Assembly: GCA_963711835.1 (NCBI GenBank)
Contig: CAVQFQ010000005.1
Span: forward strand, 1 to 64,000
Reading direction: 5' to 3'
DNA: 64,000 nucleotides
Source: an uncultured delta proteobacterium
GTDB taxonomy: Bacteria; Desulfobacterota; RBG-13-43-22
Of the stretch, positions 11,082-23,002 are shown one piece after another; the first letter of the stretch is position 1, and each line of letters starts with the position of its first letter. A program made the translations under genes and the position numbers. The notes under the pieces are model-generated. The model was not told the DNA's origin. It did not search any database and worked only from the letters and a program-made list of their open reading frames with translations.

Positions 11082-11603
11082 TCAGGCGTCGGCCGGATCA
11101 TCGCCCTCGATCTCGGCGGGCAATTCGATCACCACGCGCCCGGCCGCCAGATCGACCGTCGGTACCACGGCGTTGGTGAAAGGCAGCAGCATGGGCGTGC
11201 CACGCGGCGGCGCGATTTCGATTATATCGCCGGCGCCGAAATTGTGAATCGCGGCGACACGGCCGAGCGGTTCACCCGCGGCGTTGACCGCGGCGAGCCC
11301 GATCAGGTCGGCGTGGTAATACTCACCCTCGTCGGTGGCCGGCAGCTTGTCGCGCGCGATGTAGAGTTCGATGCCGTTGAGGCGTTCGGCGTCCTCACGC
11401 GTCGCGATGCCTTTCAGTGTCGCGACCAGATGGCCCTTCGCCTCGCGGGCGTGTGTGACCACGAACTGACGCGCGCCGTCCTTGGTCGCGAGCGCACCAT
11501 AGCGCAGCACGGCGAGCGGATCTTCGGTGAAGGTCCACAACTTCACCGCGCCGCGCACGCCATGCGCGGCGCCGATCCGGGCGATGCAGATAGATGCCGC
11601 CAT
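11082..11603 (-). CDS. rimM: Ribosome maturation factor RimM
   Basis: [31 protein letters not shown]; lies after rpsP. Confidence 0.97.
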   Translation of the reverse strand: MAASICIARIGAAHGVRGAVKLWTFTEDPLAVLRYGALATKDGARQFVVTHAREAKGHLVATLKGIATREDAERLNGIELYIARDKLPATDEGEYYHADLIGLAAVNAAGEPLGRVAAIHNFGAGDIIEIAPPRGTPMLLPFTNAVVPTVDLAAGRVVIELPAEIEGDDPADA

Positions 11604-11621
11604 CGCCGCGCGCCGTCGCGC

Positions 11622-12005
11622 TTACTTCTTGGCTGCGGCGGCGGCCGTTTTGGCGGCGGCTGCGGTTGCAGTTGCGGCAGTAGCGGCGGCTTCGGCGTTG
11701 GCCTTGCGTTCCTTGCGCGGCACGGCCTTTTCCGGGTTGCTGCGCGCGGCGCGCTTGGCGACACCGGCGGCATCGAGGAAACGCGACACCCGATCCGACG
11801 GCTGCGCGCCCTTGGCGAGCCAGCCCTTGACCTTGTCCATGTCGAGCTTCAGCCGGGCTTCGTTGTCCTTCGCCAGCAGCGGATTGAAATGGCCGAGACG
11901 TTCGATGAAGCGGCCGTCACGGGGAAAGCGCGAGTCGGCGACGACGACGTGGTAGACCGGACGCTTCTTGGTGCCTGCGCGAGCAAGGCGGATAACGACT
12001 GACAT
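11622..12005 (-). CDS. rpsP: 30S ribosomal protein S16 (Ala-rich tail)
   Basis: [31 protein letters not shown]. Confidence 0.98.
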   Translation of the reverse strand: MSVVIRLARAGTKKRPVYHVVVADSRFPRDGRFIERLGHFNPLLAKDNEARLKLDMDKVKGWLAKGAQPSDRVSRFLDAAGVAKRAARSNPEKAVPRKERKANAEAAATAATATAAAAKTAAAAAKK

Positions 12006-12047
12006 TTAGTTCTCCTGTTGATTCAAAATCTGAACGGTGTGAATTCG

Positions 12048-12128
12048 CGTCATTGCGAGGAGCGAAGCGACGAAGCCATCCAGTGTGCTCGGGAGTTTCT
12101 GGATTGCTTCGCTACGCTCGCAATGACG
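12048..12128. repeat. Alphaproteobacterial palindromic element (CGTCATTGCGAGGAGCGAAGCGACGAAGC...GCTCGCAATGACG)
   Basis: Long inverted repeat between ffh and rpsP. Confidence 0.85.
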
Positions 12129-12135
12129 AATGAGG

Positions 12136-13686
12136 TCATTTCTTCTTCCCCAAACCGGGAAAGCCACCCAGCCCCGGCAAGGTCGGCTTGCCGCTGAGGC
12201 CGGTGAGTCCGGGCAGGTTCGGCAGGCCTGAGCGCAAGCCCGCGGGCAGATCCTTCGGCAGTGCGGGCATTCCTCCCGGCCCTGCACCGCCGGGCATTTT
12301 TTCCGCCAGCGCCTTCATCTGCTCGGGCGACGGCATGCCGCCGCCGAACCCCATCGCCTGCGCGATGCCGGCCATCGGGCCGCGTTTGCCCGAGCCCATA
12401 GCCTTCATCATGTCGGCCATGTTCCGGTGCATCTTGAGGAGCTTGTTGACTTCCTCGACCTTGAGGCCGGCGCCGGCGGCGATGCGCTTCTTCCGGCTGG
12501 CCTTGAGGATGTCGGGGTTCTTGCGTTCCTGGCGCGTCATCGAATCGATCACCGCGACCTGGCGCTTCAATATCTTGTCATCGAGGCCGGCATTGGCGAT
12601 CTGGTTCTTCATTTTCGCGATGCCGGGCATCATGCCCATCAGCCCGCTGATGCCGCCCATGTTCGACATCTGCAGCAATTGCTCGCGCATGTCGGACAGG
12701 TCGAACTGACCCTTGCGCATCTTCTCGGCGACAACAGCGGCTTTTTCCGCATCGATGTTGGCGGCGGCTTTCTCCACCAGCGACACCACGTCGCCCATGC
12801 CGAGAATCCGTCCCGCGATCCGGCTCGGGTGGAAATCCTCCAGCGCGTCGGTTTTCTCGCCGGTGCCGATCAGCTTGATCGGCTTGCCGGTGACCGCGCG
12901 CATCGACAGCGCGGCGCCACCGCGGCCGTCGCCGTCGACCCGTGTCAACACGATGCCGGTAAGGCCGACGCGCTCGTCAAAGGAACGCGCGAGGTTGACC
13001 GCATCCTGACCGGTGAGCGAATCCGCGACCAGCAGCACTTCGTGCGGGTTGGCGGTTGTTTTGATCTCGGCGGCTTCCGCCATCATCTCTTCGTCGAGCG
13101 TGGTGCGCCCGGCGGTGTCGAGCAGCACCACGTCGTAACCGCCGAGCTTGGCGGCTTCGAGCGCGCGCTTGGCAATCTGCGCCGGCTTCTGGCCGGCGAC
13201 GATCGGCAGGGTCTGGATATCGAGATCGCGACCGAGCACTGCGAGTTGCTCCATCGCCGCCGGACGATAGATGTCGAGCGAGGCCATCAGCACCTTGCGC
13301 TTGTCGCGCTGGGTCAGGCGGCGCGCCAGTTTGGCTGTCGTGGTGGTCTTGCCGGAGCCCTGCAGGCCGACCATCATGATCGCCACCGGCGGCACGGCGT
13401 TGAGGTCGATGGTCTGGCCGTCGGAGCCGAGCGTGGCGATCAGTTCGTCGTGAACGATCTTCACCACCATCTGGCCGGGCGTCACCGATTTGACGACGGT
13501 GGCGCCGATCGCCTGCTCGCGAACTTTTTCGGTGAAGCTTCTGACCACGTCGAGCGAGACATCCGCCTCAAGCAGCGCGCGGCGCACCTCGCGCATCGCG
13601 GCATCGACGTCGGCTTCCGTCAGCGAACCGCGCCGCGTCAGCCGATCGAGAATGCCACCGAGCTTTTCCGACAGATTGTCGAACAA
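12136..13686 (-). CDS. ffh: Signal recognition particle protein
   Basis: GLQGSGKTTT, DTAGR, TRVDGDGRGGAALS, Met-rich M domain. Confidence 0.99.
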   Translation of the reverse strand: MFDNLSEKLGGILDRLTRRGSLTEADVDAAMREVRRALLEADVSLDVVRSFTEKVREQAIGATVVKSVTPGQMVVKIVHDELIATLGSDGQTIDLNAVPPVAIMMVGLQGSGKTTTTAKLARRLTQRDKRKVLMASLDIYRPAAMEQLAVLGRDLDIQTLPIVAGQKPAQIAKRALEAAKLGGYDVVLLDTAGRTTLDEEMMAEAAEIKTTANPHEVLLVADSLTGQDAVNLARSFDERVGLTGIVLTRVDGDGRGGAALSMRAVTGKPIKLIGTGEKTDALEDFHPSRIAGRILGMGDVVSLVEKAAANIDAEKAAVVAEKMRKGQFDLSDMREQLLQMSNMGGISGLMGMMPGIAKMKNQIANAGLDDKILKRQVAVIDSMTRQERKNPDILKASRKKRIAAGAGLKVEEVNKLLKMHRNMADMMKAMGSGKRGPMAGIAQAMGFGGGMPSPEQMKALAEKMPGGAGPGGMPALPKDLPAGLRSGLPNLPGLTGLSGKPTLPGLGGFPGLGKKK

Positions 13687-13794
13687 TTCCGTAGTCCTTC
13701 GTCCAACTTTGTTGCCGTCATGCCCCGCTTTCGCAGGTGATGACGTCTCATTTCATCTCCTCATCTCCGCGCCGAACGTCGAGATGATATTCCA

Positions 13795-13850
13795 AACACT
13801 TTTGCGCCCGAGGGCGCATCGCGCTGTCGGGCGTTGACCTCCGGTCTCAA
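13795..13850 (-). ncRNA. ffh leader RNA motif (alphaproteobacterial cis-regulatory element)
   Basis: Minus strand reads GGAGGTCAACGCCCGACAGCGCGATGCGCCCTCGGGCGC, ~110 nt upstream of ffh. This resembles the Rfam ffh motif as I recall it; needs cmscan. Confidence 0.7.
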
Positions 13851-14013
13851 GGGCCGGGCGGCGGGTCGAAAAGAACGTCTTTCCGATGAGTGGCGGCGGT
13901 TAAACCCCCGCAGCCCCCAAAAGTCAAGAAACGTCACTGAAAAGCGACATTTTCGGTGAGCCTTGCGGGTCGGTTCCCCCTTGCCGAAACGCAGGTTTTG
14001 AGGCCAATCAGGC

Positions 14014-15101
14014 ATGAAAACGACCCGTCGAGGTGTTCTCGGTCTGCTCGCCGGCGCGGCTACTGTCGTCGGCGTCCCGTCCTTCTGGATTTACGCATGA
14101 AAACCTACGCCGGTCCGGTATCCGATCATTTCGACGGAACCCATTTCTTTGATCCAGATGGCGCGACGCCGAAATCGCTTGGGGAAGTGCTGCGCTGGCA
14201 ATTCGGCGGCGGCCGGCAACGCCACGCCTGGCCGGAACGGGCGCCGAGCCCTTACGCCGATACGCCACCGGCGCGGGTAACCGGCGACAAGGTGCGATTT
14301 TCGTTTGTCGGCCACGCCAGCTGGTTGATCCAGACCTCAGGGCTGAACATCCTGATCGATCCGGTGTGGTCGGAGCGCGCCTCGCCGATGGCCTGGGCCG
14401 GACCGAAACGTCGCAACGATCCCGGCATCGCGTTCGACGCGCTGCCTGCGATCGATATCGTGCTGGTGTCGCATGGCCACTACGACCATCTCGACACCGC
14501 GACATTGTCGAGGCTGTCAGCGAAATTCTCGCCGCGCGTGATCACGCCGCTCGGCAACGACCTCACGATGCGCGAGGCCAACTCTGCGATCCGCGCCGAA
14601 GCATTCGACTGGCATGACCGCGTCGAGCTTGGCAATGGCGTTGCGGTCACATTGGTGCCGACGCGGCACTGGTCGGCGCGCGGATTGTTCGACCGCAACA
14701 AGGCGCTTTGGGCGAGTCTTGTGGTGGAGACGGCCGCCGGCAAGCTCTACATCGTGTGTGATTCAGGTTACGGCGAAGGCGTGCATTTCCGCCGCGTCGC
14801 GCAAGCGCATGGTCCGCTTCGATTGGCGATCCTGCCGATCGGTGCCTATGAGCCGCGCTGGTTCATGCGGGATCAGCACATGAACCCATCCGATGCGGTG
14901 AAGGCACTGGCCGATTGCGGCGCGCAACAGGCGCTGGCGCATCATCACGGCACCTTCCAGCTCACCGATGAAGCGATCGACGCGCCGGTCACCGCACTCG
15001 GTGCGGCCCTGGACGATGCCAAGATTCCGCGAGAGCGTTTTGCGACGCTCAGGCCGGGGCAGGTGGTGGAGATCGAGCCCCTCGCTACGACGAAGGCTTG
15101 A
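14014..15101 (+). CDS. MBL-fold metallo-hydrolase (NAPE-PLD/RomA-like) with Tat-like signal; frameshift near 14091
   Basis: MKTTRRGVLGLL N-terminus in one frame; GHASWLI, SHGHYDHLD, LPIGAYEPRWFM and HHGTFQLTDE in the main ORF. Confidence 0.85.
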
Positions 15102-15804
15102 TGGCCCAGGATACGTTCACCGTGACGAACAGCGTCTCTTCGCCTTGCATTACCGGGGCGGCGGCAGCCATGGGCGCCATGGGCATCTTGCTGCGGAACA
15201 CCGGTGCCGACGCATTGCCTTCCGAAATGCTGAGCGGCGTGCCAAGCGTGACGCCGGCGGCCCTGGCATAAATCTCGGCCTTGCGGCGGGCATCGGCAAA
15301 CGCCTGTTCGCGGGCCTCATCGAGAAGTTTCGACGCCGCTGACACCATGAAGTTGATGCCGCCGATATCGTTCGCGCCGGCGCCTACCAGCATGTCGATG
15401 ACGCTGGCGACCTTGGCGACGTCGCGCAGCCGGATCGTCACGTGGTTGCTGGCGCGGTAGCCGACAATGGACGGCGGGCCGGAGCGGTTCGGCGCGTTTT
15501 GCGTTTGCGGCTGCAGCGACAGGCGCGAAGTCTGGATATCCTTGGGGTCGATGCTGCCGGCCTTCAGCGCCAGCAGCACCTTGCCCATCGCCGCGTTATT
15601 GGCGTCCGAAGCCTCGCGCGCGGTTTTGGCCTCCGAGGTGAAGCCGCCATCGATCTCCGCCAGATCGGGCGGCACCGATACGGTGGCTTCGCCGGTGACG
15701 GAAATCATGGCCGGGCGTTCGGCCTCCGCCAGCGCGGGGGTTGCGAGCAGCATGGCCGCCATGAGAGGGGCGACGAACACAGCATGATGTTTCATGGGTC
15801 TCAC
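15085..15804 (-). CDS. SIMPL domain (DUF541) periplasmic protein
   Basis: ISVTGEATVSVPPDLA, DIQTSRLSLQP, GYRASN, DARRKAE. Confidence 0.9.
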   Translation of the reverse strand: MRPMKHHAVFVAPLMAAMLLATPALAEAERPAMISVTGEATVSVPPDLAEIDGGFTSEAKTAREASDANNAAMGKVLLALKAGSIDPKDIQTSRLSLQPQTQNAPNRSGPPSIVGYRASNHVTIRLRDVAKVASVIDMLVGAGANDIGGINFMVSAASKLLDEAREQAFADARRKAEIYARAAGVTLGTPLSISEGNASAPVFRSKMPMAPMAAAAPVMQGEETLFVTVNVSWAIKPSS

Positions 15805-16478
15805 TTCAGCGGCACATAGACGTTGATCACCAGTTTGTCCTCCGCCGTCTTCAAGGGATCGGTGATGTATTCCTCGATGAAGGTGTCCTTGGCCTCGAGC
15901 TTCTTGTCGTCGAGGTGATTGGTGATGGCCTCATAGGTGTTGTCCATATTGTCGTAGGAACCGCGATGGACGAACTTCAGCGCCTTGCCATCGGGCGATT
16001 TGCCCATGCTCATATCCTTGGTCAGGTTTTTCGGATCCTGATCGACCGGAATTTCCGCCAGATAGGTAAATCCGGTATCGTCGGTGGAGGTGTAGACGAT
16101 CAGCGGATTGCCGGTGCTTTTGATGCCCTGCTTGTCAAGCAACGCTGACAGCGTCTTGAACGAGCCGATCAGGGTTTCGAACGCTGAATCCCAGTTGGCG
16201 CTGCCTTTGAGGACGACAACCGCTTTCGGCGTCAGCGCGGTTTCCTCGCCGAACGGATCGGCGATCTGAACGGGCGCTGCAGCCGGCGATGATGTAGCGG
16301 GGGTCTCCGCGGCGGCCGGTTTTGCCGGCGCGGCAGGAGGACTGGCTGCCGGAGCTGGTGTCGCCGCGGGAGCCGTCGCAGCGGGCGATTCCGCCAATGC
16401 ATTGGCGATGCCTAGCGAGATCGCGGCTGCCGGGACCAGCGCGACCATGGCTAGGCGGATAGAGCGGAAGCAATTCAT
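15801..16478 (-). CDS. GyrI-like small-molecule-binding domain protein (exported)
   Basis: Signal peptide, Pro/Ala linker, [24 protein letters not shown]. Confidence 0.8.
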   Translation of the reverse strand: MNCFRSIRLAMVALVPAAAISLGIANALAESPAATAPAATPAPAASPPAAPAKPAAAETPATSSPAAAPVQIADPFGEETALTPKAVVVLKGSANWDSAFETLIGSFKTLSALLDKQGIKSTGNPLIVYTSTDDTGFTYLAEIPVDQDPKNLTKDMSMGKSPDGKALKFVHRGSYDNMDNTYEAITNHLDDKKLEAKDTFIEEYITDPLKTAEDKLVINVYVPLK

Positions 16479-16713
16479 GATATTCTCCTTGGTCGCATTC
16501 AGCGATCGTCGTCTTCGTCGGCGGCGTCTTGCCTTCGTGTCCCGGATCACGGCGGCGAAGCGCCGCCAATCTAACACGCAAGGCCCGCTTTCGTCCCGTC
16601 TCAGGTTGCTCATGTCAGGTAGTTCTCGCGGCCGGCGGATACCGACACAAAATCACCACACTGGCCAATCCGCCATTATTCGCCATATAAGGCAGGCTAA
16701 TTCGGGAAATTTC

Positions 16714-17586
16714 ATGAGCGCGCTCGCCAACCATGCGTTTGCCAAGATGAACGGCATCGGCAACGACATCGTCGTGGTCGATCTGCGCGATTCGGCGGCC
16801 GCTGTCACGGCCGAGGAAGCGCGCGCGGTCGCCTCGCCCAGCGGCGTGCATTACGACCAGTTGATGGTGCTGCAGCCGCCACGCCTTGCGGGCACCGAGG
16901 CCTTCATCCGAATCTATAATAATGACGGCTCCGAAGCTGCTGCCTGCGGCAACGGCATGCGCTGCGTGGCGCGCCGGCTGTTCGAGAAAACCGGCCAGAC
17001 CCAAGTCACCTTCGAGACACGGGCCGGGCTCCTCAATTGCTGGCGCGGCCCATCCGACGATCTCTACACCGTCGACATGGGGCAGCCGAAATTCGGCTGG
17101 CAGGATATTCCGCTCGCAGAAGAGTTCCGCGACACGCGGTCGATCGAACTGCAGATCGGCCCGATCGACGCGCCGGTGCTGCACACGCCGTCCGCGGTCA
17201 GCATGGGCAATCCACACGCGATCTTCTGGGTCGACGACGTCAATGCCTATGACCTTTCCCGCTTCGGGCCATTGCTGGAAAACCATCCGATTTTTCCCGA
17301 GCGTGCCAATATCACTCTCGCCCATATCGTCGATCGCGATCACATTACGATCCGCACCTGGGAGCGCGGCGCGGGACTGACCAAGGCCTGCGGCTCGGCG
17401 GCCTGCGCCACGGCGGTGGCCGCGGCCCGGCTCAGGCGCGCCAATCGCATGGTGCAGATAACGCTGCCCGGCGGCGAACTCGGCATCGAATGGCGCGAAC
17501 GCGACGACCATGTCCTGATGACGGGCACCGCCACGTTTGAGTATGAAGGGCAATTCGATCCGGCCTTGTTTGCCAGCGTCGCCTGA
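16714..17586 (+). CDS. dapF: Diaminopimelate epimerase
   Basis: [39 protein letters not shown]. Confidence 0.97.
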   Translation: MSALANHAFAKMNGIGNDIVVVDLRDSAAAVTAEEARAVASPSGVHYDQLMVLQPPRLAGTEAFIRIYNNDGSEAAACGNGMRCVARRLFEKTGQTQVTFETRAGLLNCWRGPSDDLYTVDMGQPKFGWQDIPLAEEFRDTRSIELQIGPIDAPVLHTPSAVSMGNPHAIFWVDDVNAYDLSRFGPLLENHPIFPERANITLAHIVDRDHITIRTWERGAGLTKACGSAACATAVAAARLRRANRMVQITLPGGELGIEWRERDDHVLMTGTATFEYEGQFDPALFASVA

Positions 17587-17587
17587 C

Positions 17588-18877
17588 ATGAGCGTCGATG
17601 TCATCACCTTCGGCTGCCGGCTCAATGCCTTCGAATCCGAAGTGATCGCCCGCGAGGCGGAACGCGCCGGGCTCACCGAGACCATCGTCATCAATAGCTG
17701 CGCGGTCACCAACGAAGCCGTCGCACAGGCGCGGCAATCGATCCGCCGGCTGAAGCGCGAACGGCCGTCGGCGCGGATCGTCGTCACCGGCTGCGCGGCG
17801 CAGACCGAGCCCGGGATGTTCGCTCGTATGGCCGAGGTCGATCGCGTCGTCGGCAATGACGAAAAGATGCGCGGTGAGGCGTGGCGCGCCGCGCGCACGG
17901 CACTCGCTGCCGCCGGGAGCTTCGGCATCGGGCAAAGCGAAAAGGTGGCGGTCGCCGACATCATGGCGGTCAAGGAGATGGCGCCGCATCTGCTGGAGGG
18001 CTTTCAGCGCGGCCTGCCGCGGGTGTTCGTGCAGGTGCAGAACGGCTGCGATCACCGCTGCACCTTCTGCATTATCCCCTATGGCCGCGGCAATTCACGG
18101 TCGGTGCCGATGGGCGCGGTGGTGTCCCAGGTCCGCGCGCTGGTCGAGCGCGGCCACGCCGAGATCGTGCTGACCGGTGTCGATCTCACCAGTTATGGCG
18201 CGGATCTGCCGGGCGCGCCGAAACTCGGCCTGCTGGCGAAGCAAATCCTGCGGCATGTGCCTGATTTGAAGCGGCTGCGGATTTCCTCGATCGATCAGGT
18301 CGAGGTCGATCGCGATCTCTTCGACGTGATTGCGAATGAGGAGCGCCTGATGCCGCATCTGCATCTGTCGCTGCAATCCGGCGACGATCTCATTTTGAAG
18401 CGGATGAAGCGGCGGCATTCGCGTAGCGAAGCGATTCAATTCTGCGCGCAGGTGCGGCGGCTGCGGCCGGATATCGCGCTCGGCGCCGATATCATCGCCG
18501 GATTCCCGACCGAGTCCGAGCAGATGTTCGCGCGCTCGCTGGATCTGGTGGAAGAGTGCGATCTGACATTCCTGCATGTGTTTCCCTATTCCAGCCGGCC
18601 GGGCACGCCGGCGGCGCGGATGCCGCCTGTATCGGGGGAGCAGGTCAAGGAACGGGCCAGGCGCTTGCGGATGGCGGGAGAGGCCGCCTTGCAATGGCGG
18701 CTCAGCTCGGAAATCGGCGCGACCCGCCGGGTTCTGATCGAGAGCAAAAGGCAAGGTCGCACCGAACACTTCATGCCGGTGGCTATCAGCGGCGAGACGC
18801 CGGGCGTGGTGCTGACGCTGAAGATGGCGGGGCATGACGGGGCGCGTTTGATCTCAGGCGGTTATCGCCCGGCTTGA
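17588..18877 (+). CDS. mtaB: tRNA N6-threonylcarbamoyladenosine methylthiotransferase (radical SAM)
   Basis: TFGCRLN, NSCAVT, CDHRCTFC (CxxxCxxC), HVFPYSSRPGT. Confidence 0.93.
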   Translation: MSVDVITFGCRLNAFESEVIAREAERAGLTETIVINSCAVTNEAVAQARQSIRRLKRERPSARIVVTGCAAQTEPGMFARMAEVDRVVGNDEKMRGEAWRAARTALAAAGSFGIGQSEKVAVADIMAVKEMAPHLLEGFQRGLPRVFVQVQNGCDHRCTFCIIPYGRGNSRSVPMGAVVSQVRALVERGHAEIVLTGVDLTSYGADLPGAPKLGLLAKQILRHVPDLKRLRISSIDQVEVDRDLFDVIANEERLMPHLHLSLQSGDDLILKRMKRRHSRSEAIQFCAQVRRLRPDIALGADIIAGFPTESEQMFARSLDLVEECDLTFLHVFPYSSRPGTPAARMPPVSGEQVKERARRLRMAGEAALQWRLSSEIGATRRVLIESKRQGRTEHFMPVAISGETPGVVLTLKMAGHDGARLISGGYRPA

Positions 18878-18880
18878 CCA

Positions 18881-19606
18881 TCACTCCCCGTTCCAGCCGC
18901 AGGCCCGAAGCCGTTCATGCAAATGCGCCGGCGCCGGTGCGACCACGTGCACCGGGTCCTTGTTCTTCGAAATCGGAATCCCGATTTCGCGGGAATGCAG
19001 GTGCAGTCTCGGTTCGCCGAAGCGGGGACCGTTTCCATAAATGTTGTCGCCGACAATCGGCCAGCCCATCGCGGCGCAGTGAACCCGCAATTGATGGGTG
19101 CGGCCGGTGACCGGTTCGAGCGCAAGCCAGGCGAGGCGGCCATCGCCGCGTCCGAGCACTTTCCAGTTGGTGGTGGCCGGCTGGCCATCCGCATCGGGCT
19201 TCTGCCACCAGCCGCGCTCGGCGTTGAGGCGGCCGAGCGGCATGTCGATGGTGCCTTGATCCTCGACCGGGCCGCCTTCGACCACCGCCCAGTAGGTCTT
19301 TGAAATTTTGCCGTGCTTGAACAGCAGGCCCAGCGACGCGGTCGCCTTGCGATGTCGCCCGAGGACGAGGCAACCGGAGGTGTCCTTATCAAGCCGGTGG
19401 GCGAGAACCGGCGGGCGCGGCAGCCCAAACCGCAGCCCGTCGAAGGAGGATTCCAGATTGGCGCCGCCCTTGGGGCCGCGATGCACCGGCAGGCCCGCGG
19501 GCTTGTCGATCACCAGCATCAGCCCGTCGCGATGAAGCACGCGCGCCTGAATTTCCTCCGCGGTTAATTCGGGAACATCCATCGATCGGTCAAGACTTTC
19601 GCTCAC
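18881..19606 (-). CDS. RluA-family pseudouridine synthase
   Basis: DKPAGLPVH, HRLDKDTSG, TGRTHQLRVH, IVGDNIYG. Confidence 0.93.
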   Translation of the reverse strand: MSESLDRSMDVPELTAEEIQARVLHRDGLMLVIDKPAGLPVHRGPKGGANLESSFDGLRFGLPRPPVLAHRLDKDTSGCLVLGRHRKATASLGLLFKHGKISKTYWAVVEGGPVEDQGTIDMPLGRLNAERGWWQKPDADGQPATTNWKVLGRGDGRLAWLALEPVTGRTHQLRVHCAAMGWPIVGDNIYGNGPRFGEPRLHLHSREIGIPISKNKDPVHVVAPAPAHLHERLRACGWNGE

Positions 19607-19634
19607 GGCGTGAAACCGCTAACACACCCCCAAC

Positions 19635-20579
19635 ATGAACGATACACCTCCGGAAAAGACCAAATTGAGCTGGTGGCGGCGGCTGTCCGGCGGACTGAAG
19701 CGCACATCAAGTTCGCTCGGAACCGCGGTCGCCGATCTCGTCACCAAGCGCAAACTCGACCGCGCGATGCTCGACGATATCGAGGACGTGCTGCTGCGCG
19801 CCGATCTCGGAACCGAGGTCGCCGCACGCGTCGCCGCCGCGGTCGGCGTCGGCCGATACGACAAGGCGATCTCGGCGGATGATGTCAAAACCGTGGTCGC
19901 GGCCGAAGTGGAGAAAGTCCTGGTTCCGGTGGCAAAGCCGCTAATGATCGACCCGGCGCAGCAGCCATTCGTCATTCTGGTGGTCGGCGTCAACGGTTCC
20001 GGCAAAACCACCACCATCGGCAAGCTGGCGGCCAAGTTCAGCGCCGAAGGCCGCAAGGTCATGCTGGCCGCCGGCGACACCTTTCGCGCCGCTGCGATCG
20101 AGCAGCTCAAGATCTGGGGCGATCGCACCAAATCGCCGGTGATTGCGGGCGCGCAGGGTTCGGATTCCGCAAGCCTTGCCTTCAATGCGGTGACCGCGGC
20201 GAAAGCGCAGGATATCAACGTGCTCCTGATCGACACCGCCGGGCGGCTGCAGAACAAGGCGGAATTGATGAACGAACTTGAAAAGGTCGTTCGCGTCGTC
20301 AAGAAGGTCGACGCTTCGGCGCCGCATGCGGTGCTGCTGGTGCTCGACGCCACGGTGGGACAAAATGCGCTGTCGCAGGTCGAGGCGTTTCAGCGTACCG
20401 CAGGCGTGACAGGCCTGGTGATGACAAAACTCGACGGCACGGCGCGCGGCGGAATTCTGGTGGCGCTGGCCGAAAAATACAAACTGCCGGTGCATTTCAT
20501 TGGCGTCGGCGAAGGCATCGACGATCTTGCGTCGTTTACCGCGCACGACTTCGCGCGGGCCATCGCCGGGATTGAGTAA
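19635..20579 (+). CDS. ftsY: SRP receptor FtsY
   Basis: [41 protein letters not shown]. Confidence 0.98.
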   Translation: MNDTPPEKTKLSWWRRLSGGLKRTSSSLGTAVADLVTKRKLDRAMLDDIEDVLLRADLGTEVAARVAAAVGVGRYDKAISADDVKTVVAAEVEKVLVPVAKPLMIDPAQQPFVILVVGVNGSGKTTTIGKLAAKFSAEGRKVMLAAGDTFRAAAIEQLKIWGDRTKSPVIAGAQGSDSASLAFNAVTAAKAQDINVLLIDTAGRLQNKAELMNELEKVVRVVKKVDASAPHAVLLVLDATVGQNALSQVEAFQRTAGVTGLVMTKLDGTARGGILVALAEKYKLPVHFIGVGEGIDDLASFTAHDFARAIAGIE

Positions 20580-20580
20580 G

Positions 20581-20699
20581 CTTCATCCTTCGAGACGCAC
20601 GCTAGATGCGCGCTTGCTTGAGATGAAGGATGGGATGACGGAAGACCAAAGGCAATATCCTCATCCTGAGGGGGTGCGAAGCACCGTCTCGAAGGATGG
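20581..20699. repeat. Palindromic repeat family CATCCTGAGG...TCGAAGGATG
   Basis: Inverted pair CATCCTTCGAGACG / CGTCTCGAAGGATG; a related copy lies at 43888-43981. Confidence 0.75.
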
Positions 20700-20728
20700 C
20701 AACGCGACGAATTCGACGGAATGGAATA

Positions 20729-21330
20729 ATGGACAAGACCACGCCGCATCCGCTGTTCAAGCTCGCGACCGAACTTGGGCCGCTGGTGATTTTCTTCATC
20801 GCCAACTTCAAATTCCATCTGTTCGTCGCCACCGGCGCGTTCATGGTGGCGGTGGTGGCGGCGATGATCGCCTCTTATGTGGTGACGCGACACGTGCCGA
20901 TCATGGCGCTGGTCACCGGCGTCATCGTCATCGTGTTCGGCACGCTGACGCTGGTGTTGCACGACGAGACCTTCATCAAGGTCAAGCCGACCATCATCTA
21001 CGCCCTGTTCGCAGGAGTTCTCGGCGGCGGCCTTTTGTTCGGCCGTTCCTTCATCCAGATCATGTTCGATCAGATGTTCAATCTCACGCCGCAGGGCTGG
21101 CGTAGCCTGACGCTGCGCTGGGCATTGTTCTTTTTTGCGCTGGCGATTTGAACGAGATCATTTGGCGCACCCAGACCACCGATTTCTGGGTGAACTTCAA
21201 GGTGTTCGGCGTGACGCCGCTGACGATGATTTTTGCGCTGACGCAGATGCCGCTGATCAAACGCTATCAGGTCGAGCCGGTTTCGCTCGAAGTGAGCGAA
21301 GCGGAGGCCGGCGATGTGTCGAAGGGGTGA
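20729..21330 (+). CDS. ispZ: Intracellular septation protein A (YciB/IspZ); frameshift near 21148
   Basis: [13 protein letters not shown], then [20 protein letters not shown] in the next frame. Confidence 0.9.
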
Positions 21331-21350
21331 GCCGATGAGCAGCGCTCACT

Positions 21351-21977
21351 TCAAGATCCGGCCTTCAGCGCCTTGTCGATCTCTACCCTGAGCACGGTGT
21401 CGATATTGTCAGGCAGGATGGGGCCGACCATCTTGTAAACGATGGTGCCGTTGCGTCCCACAATGAAGGTCTCCGGCACGCCATAGACGCCCCATTCGAT
21501 CGCGGCGCGGCCGTTGCCGTCGACACCGACAATGCCGAACGGATTGCCATAGCGGCCGAGGAAACGCCGGGCGTTCTCCGGCATGTCCTTGTAGTTGATG
21601 CCGACCATCTGCAGCCGCTTGTCCTTAGCCAGTTCGGTCAGCAGCGGCGCTTCGTCATGGCAAGGCACGCACCATGACGCCCAGACGTTGACGACGCTGA
21701 CCTTGCCCTTGAACGTGGCGGGATCGAGCCCGGGTATCTGCGCACCACTATCGAGCAGACCCTGCAGCGGCGGCAGCGTGGTTGGCGGCGCGGGGTGACC
21801 GATCAGGGCGGAAGGGATTTTCGATGGATCGCCGTCGCCGAGCCGGAACCAGAAGATCGCAGCCAGCAAACCGAATGCGAGCAGCGGCAGCGCCATCAGC
21901 CAGGAGCGGCGTTGCGGGGATCGGCCCGATGTCTCGGGCAGCGATGTCATGGGATCTGATGAATGGGGATCGCTCAT
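21351..21977 (-). CDS. ccmG: Periplasmic thiol:disulfide oxidoreductase DsbE/CcmG
   Basis: [23 protein letters not shown]; within the ccm cluster. Confidence 0.95.
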   Translation of the reverse strand: MSDPHSSDPMTSLPETSGRSPQRRSWLMALPLLAFGLLAAIFWFRLGDGDPSKIPSALIGHPAPPTTLPPLQGLLDSGAQIPGLDPATFKGKVSVVNVWASWCVPCHDEAPLLTELAKDKRLQMVGINYKDMPENARRFLGRYGNPFGIVGVDGNGRAAIEWGVYGVPETFIVGRNGTIVYKMVGPILPDNIDTVLRVEIDKALKAGS

Positions 21978-22153
21978 TGGATGTCCGCCGCGCTGCGCCC
22001 GGAGCGCCGAACCACGCCGCTGGCCTCGAGCTCGCGCAGGCGTTGCTTCTGGCGGCGATAATCGATCACGATCCAGACAATCAGGATCAGCACCACGGCT
22101 GTTGCCAGCGCGTAGGATGTCACGATGAAGGACGCATAGGGACCGAGCGACAT
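21974..22153 (-). CDS. ccmD: Heme exporter protein D
   Basis: [14 protein letters not shown] + TM helix + charged tail; lies between ccmC and ccmG. Confidence 0.88.
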   Translation of the reverse strand: MSLGPYASFIVTSYALATAVVLILIVWIVIDYRRQKQRLRELEASGVVRRSGRSAADIQ

Positions 22154-22158
22154 CGCCG

Positions 22159-22908
22159 TCACGCCGAACGCTGGCTTGATTGCGTCACTTGCGCCACCTG
22201 CATCAATTGCAATGCGCGCACCCGGCGCCGCAGGATTTCGTTGCGCATCGCTGCCAGATGCAGCGTGACGAACAACAGCGAAAACGCCAGTGCCATCACC
22301 AGCAGCGGAACCAAAAACGCACGGTCGAGCGTGGAGCCGCCCATCCGCAGCACCGAGGCCGGCTGATGCAGCGTATTCCACCAGTCCACTGAGAATTTGA
22401 TGATCGGCAGGTTGATGGCGCCCACCAGCGTCAGGACCGCCGCGGCGCGCGCGGCCCGTGACGGATCTTCCACTGCGCGCCACAGCGCCATCAGGCCGAG
22501 ATACATCAGAAACAGGATCAGCACCGAGGTCAACCGCGCATCCCATTCCCAATAGGTGCCCCACATCGGGCGTCCCCACAGCGATCCCGTGACCAGTGCC
22601 AGAAACGTAAAGGCCGCGCCGATCGGGGCGGCGGCCTTGGCTGCGACATCCGCCAGTGGATGCCGCCACACCAGCGTGCCCAGTGCGGCGAAGCTCATCA
22701 CGCCCCAGACGAACATCGACAGCCAGGCATTCGGCACATGGATGAACATGATCTTGACGGTGGCACCCTGCTGGTAATCGTCGGGCGCCATGGCCGATTG
22801 ATAGAGGCCGATCAGCAGCAGAACAGCAGTGGCAGCGGCAAGCCACGGCAACAGCCGCGCGGTCAGCGTCAGGAACCGGGTCGGGTTGGCGAGATCGATC
22901 AGCGTCAT
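22159..22908 (-). CDS. ccmC: Heme exporter protein C
   Basis: [22 protein letters not shown] (WWD domain), WWNTLHQ. Confidence 0.97.
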   Translation of the reverse strand: MTLIDLANPTRFLTLTARLLPWLAAATAVLLLIGLYQSAMAPDDYQQGATVKIMFIHVPNAWLSMFVWGVMSFAALGTLVWRHPLADVAAKAAAPIGAAFTFLALVTGSLWGRPMWGTYWEWDARLTSVLILFLMYLGLMALWRAVEDPSRAARAAAVLTLVGAINLPIIKFSVDWWNTLHQPASVLRMGGSTLDRAFLVPLLVMALAFSLLFVTLHLAAMRNEILRRRVRALQLMQVAQVTQSSQRSA

Positions 22909-23002
22909 GGCGTCCCTGATAGTCGCTGCGGCTCTGGCAGACAATGCGGCTTGTGCTGTTTCATTTGGTCTCAGCCAGAGTTGATAGGCACCGGTTCCGC
23001 AT

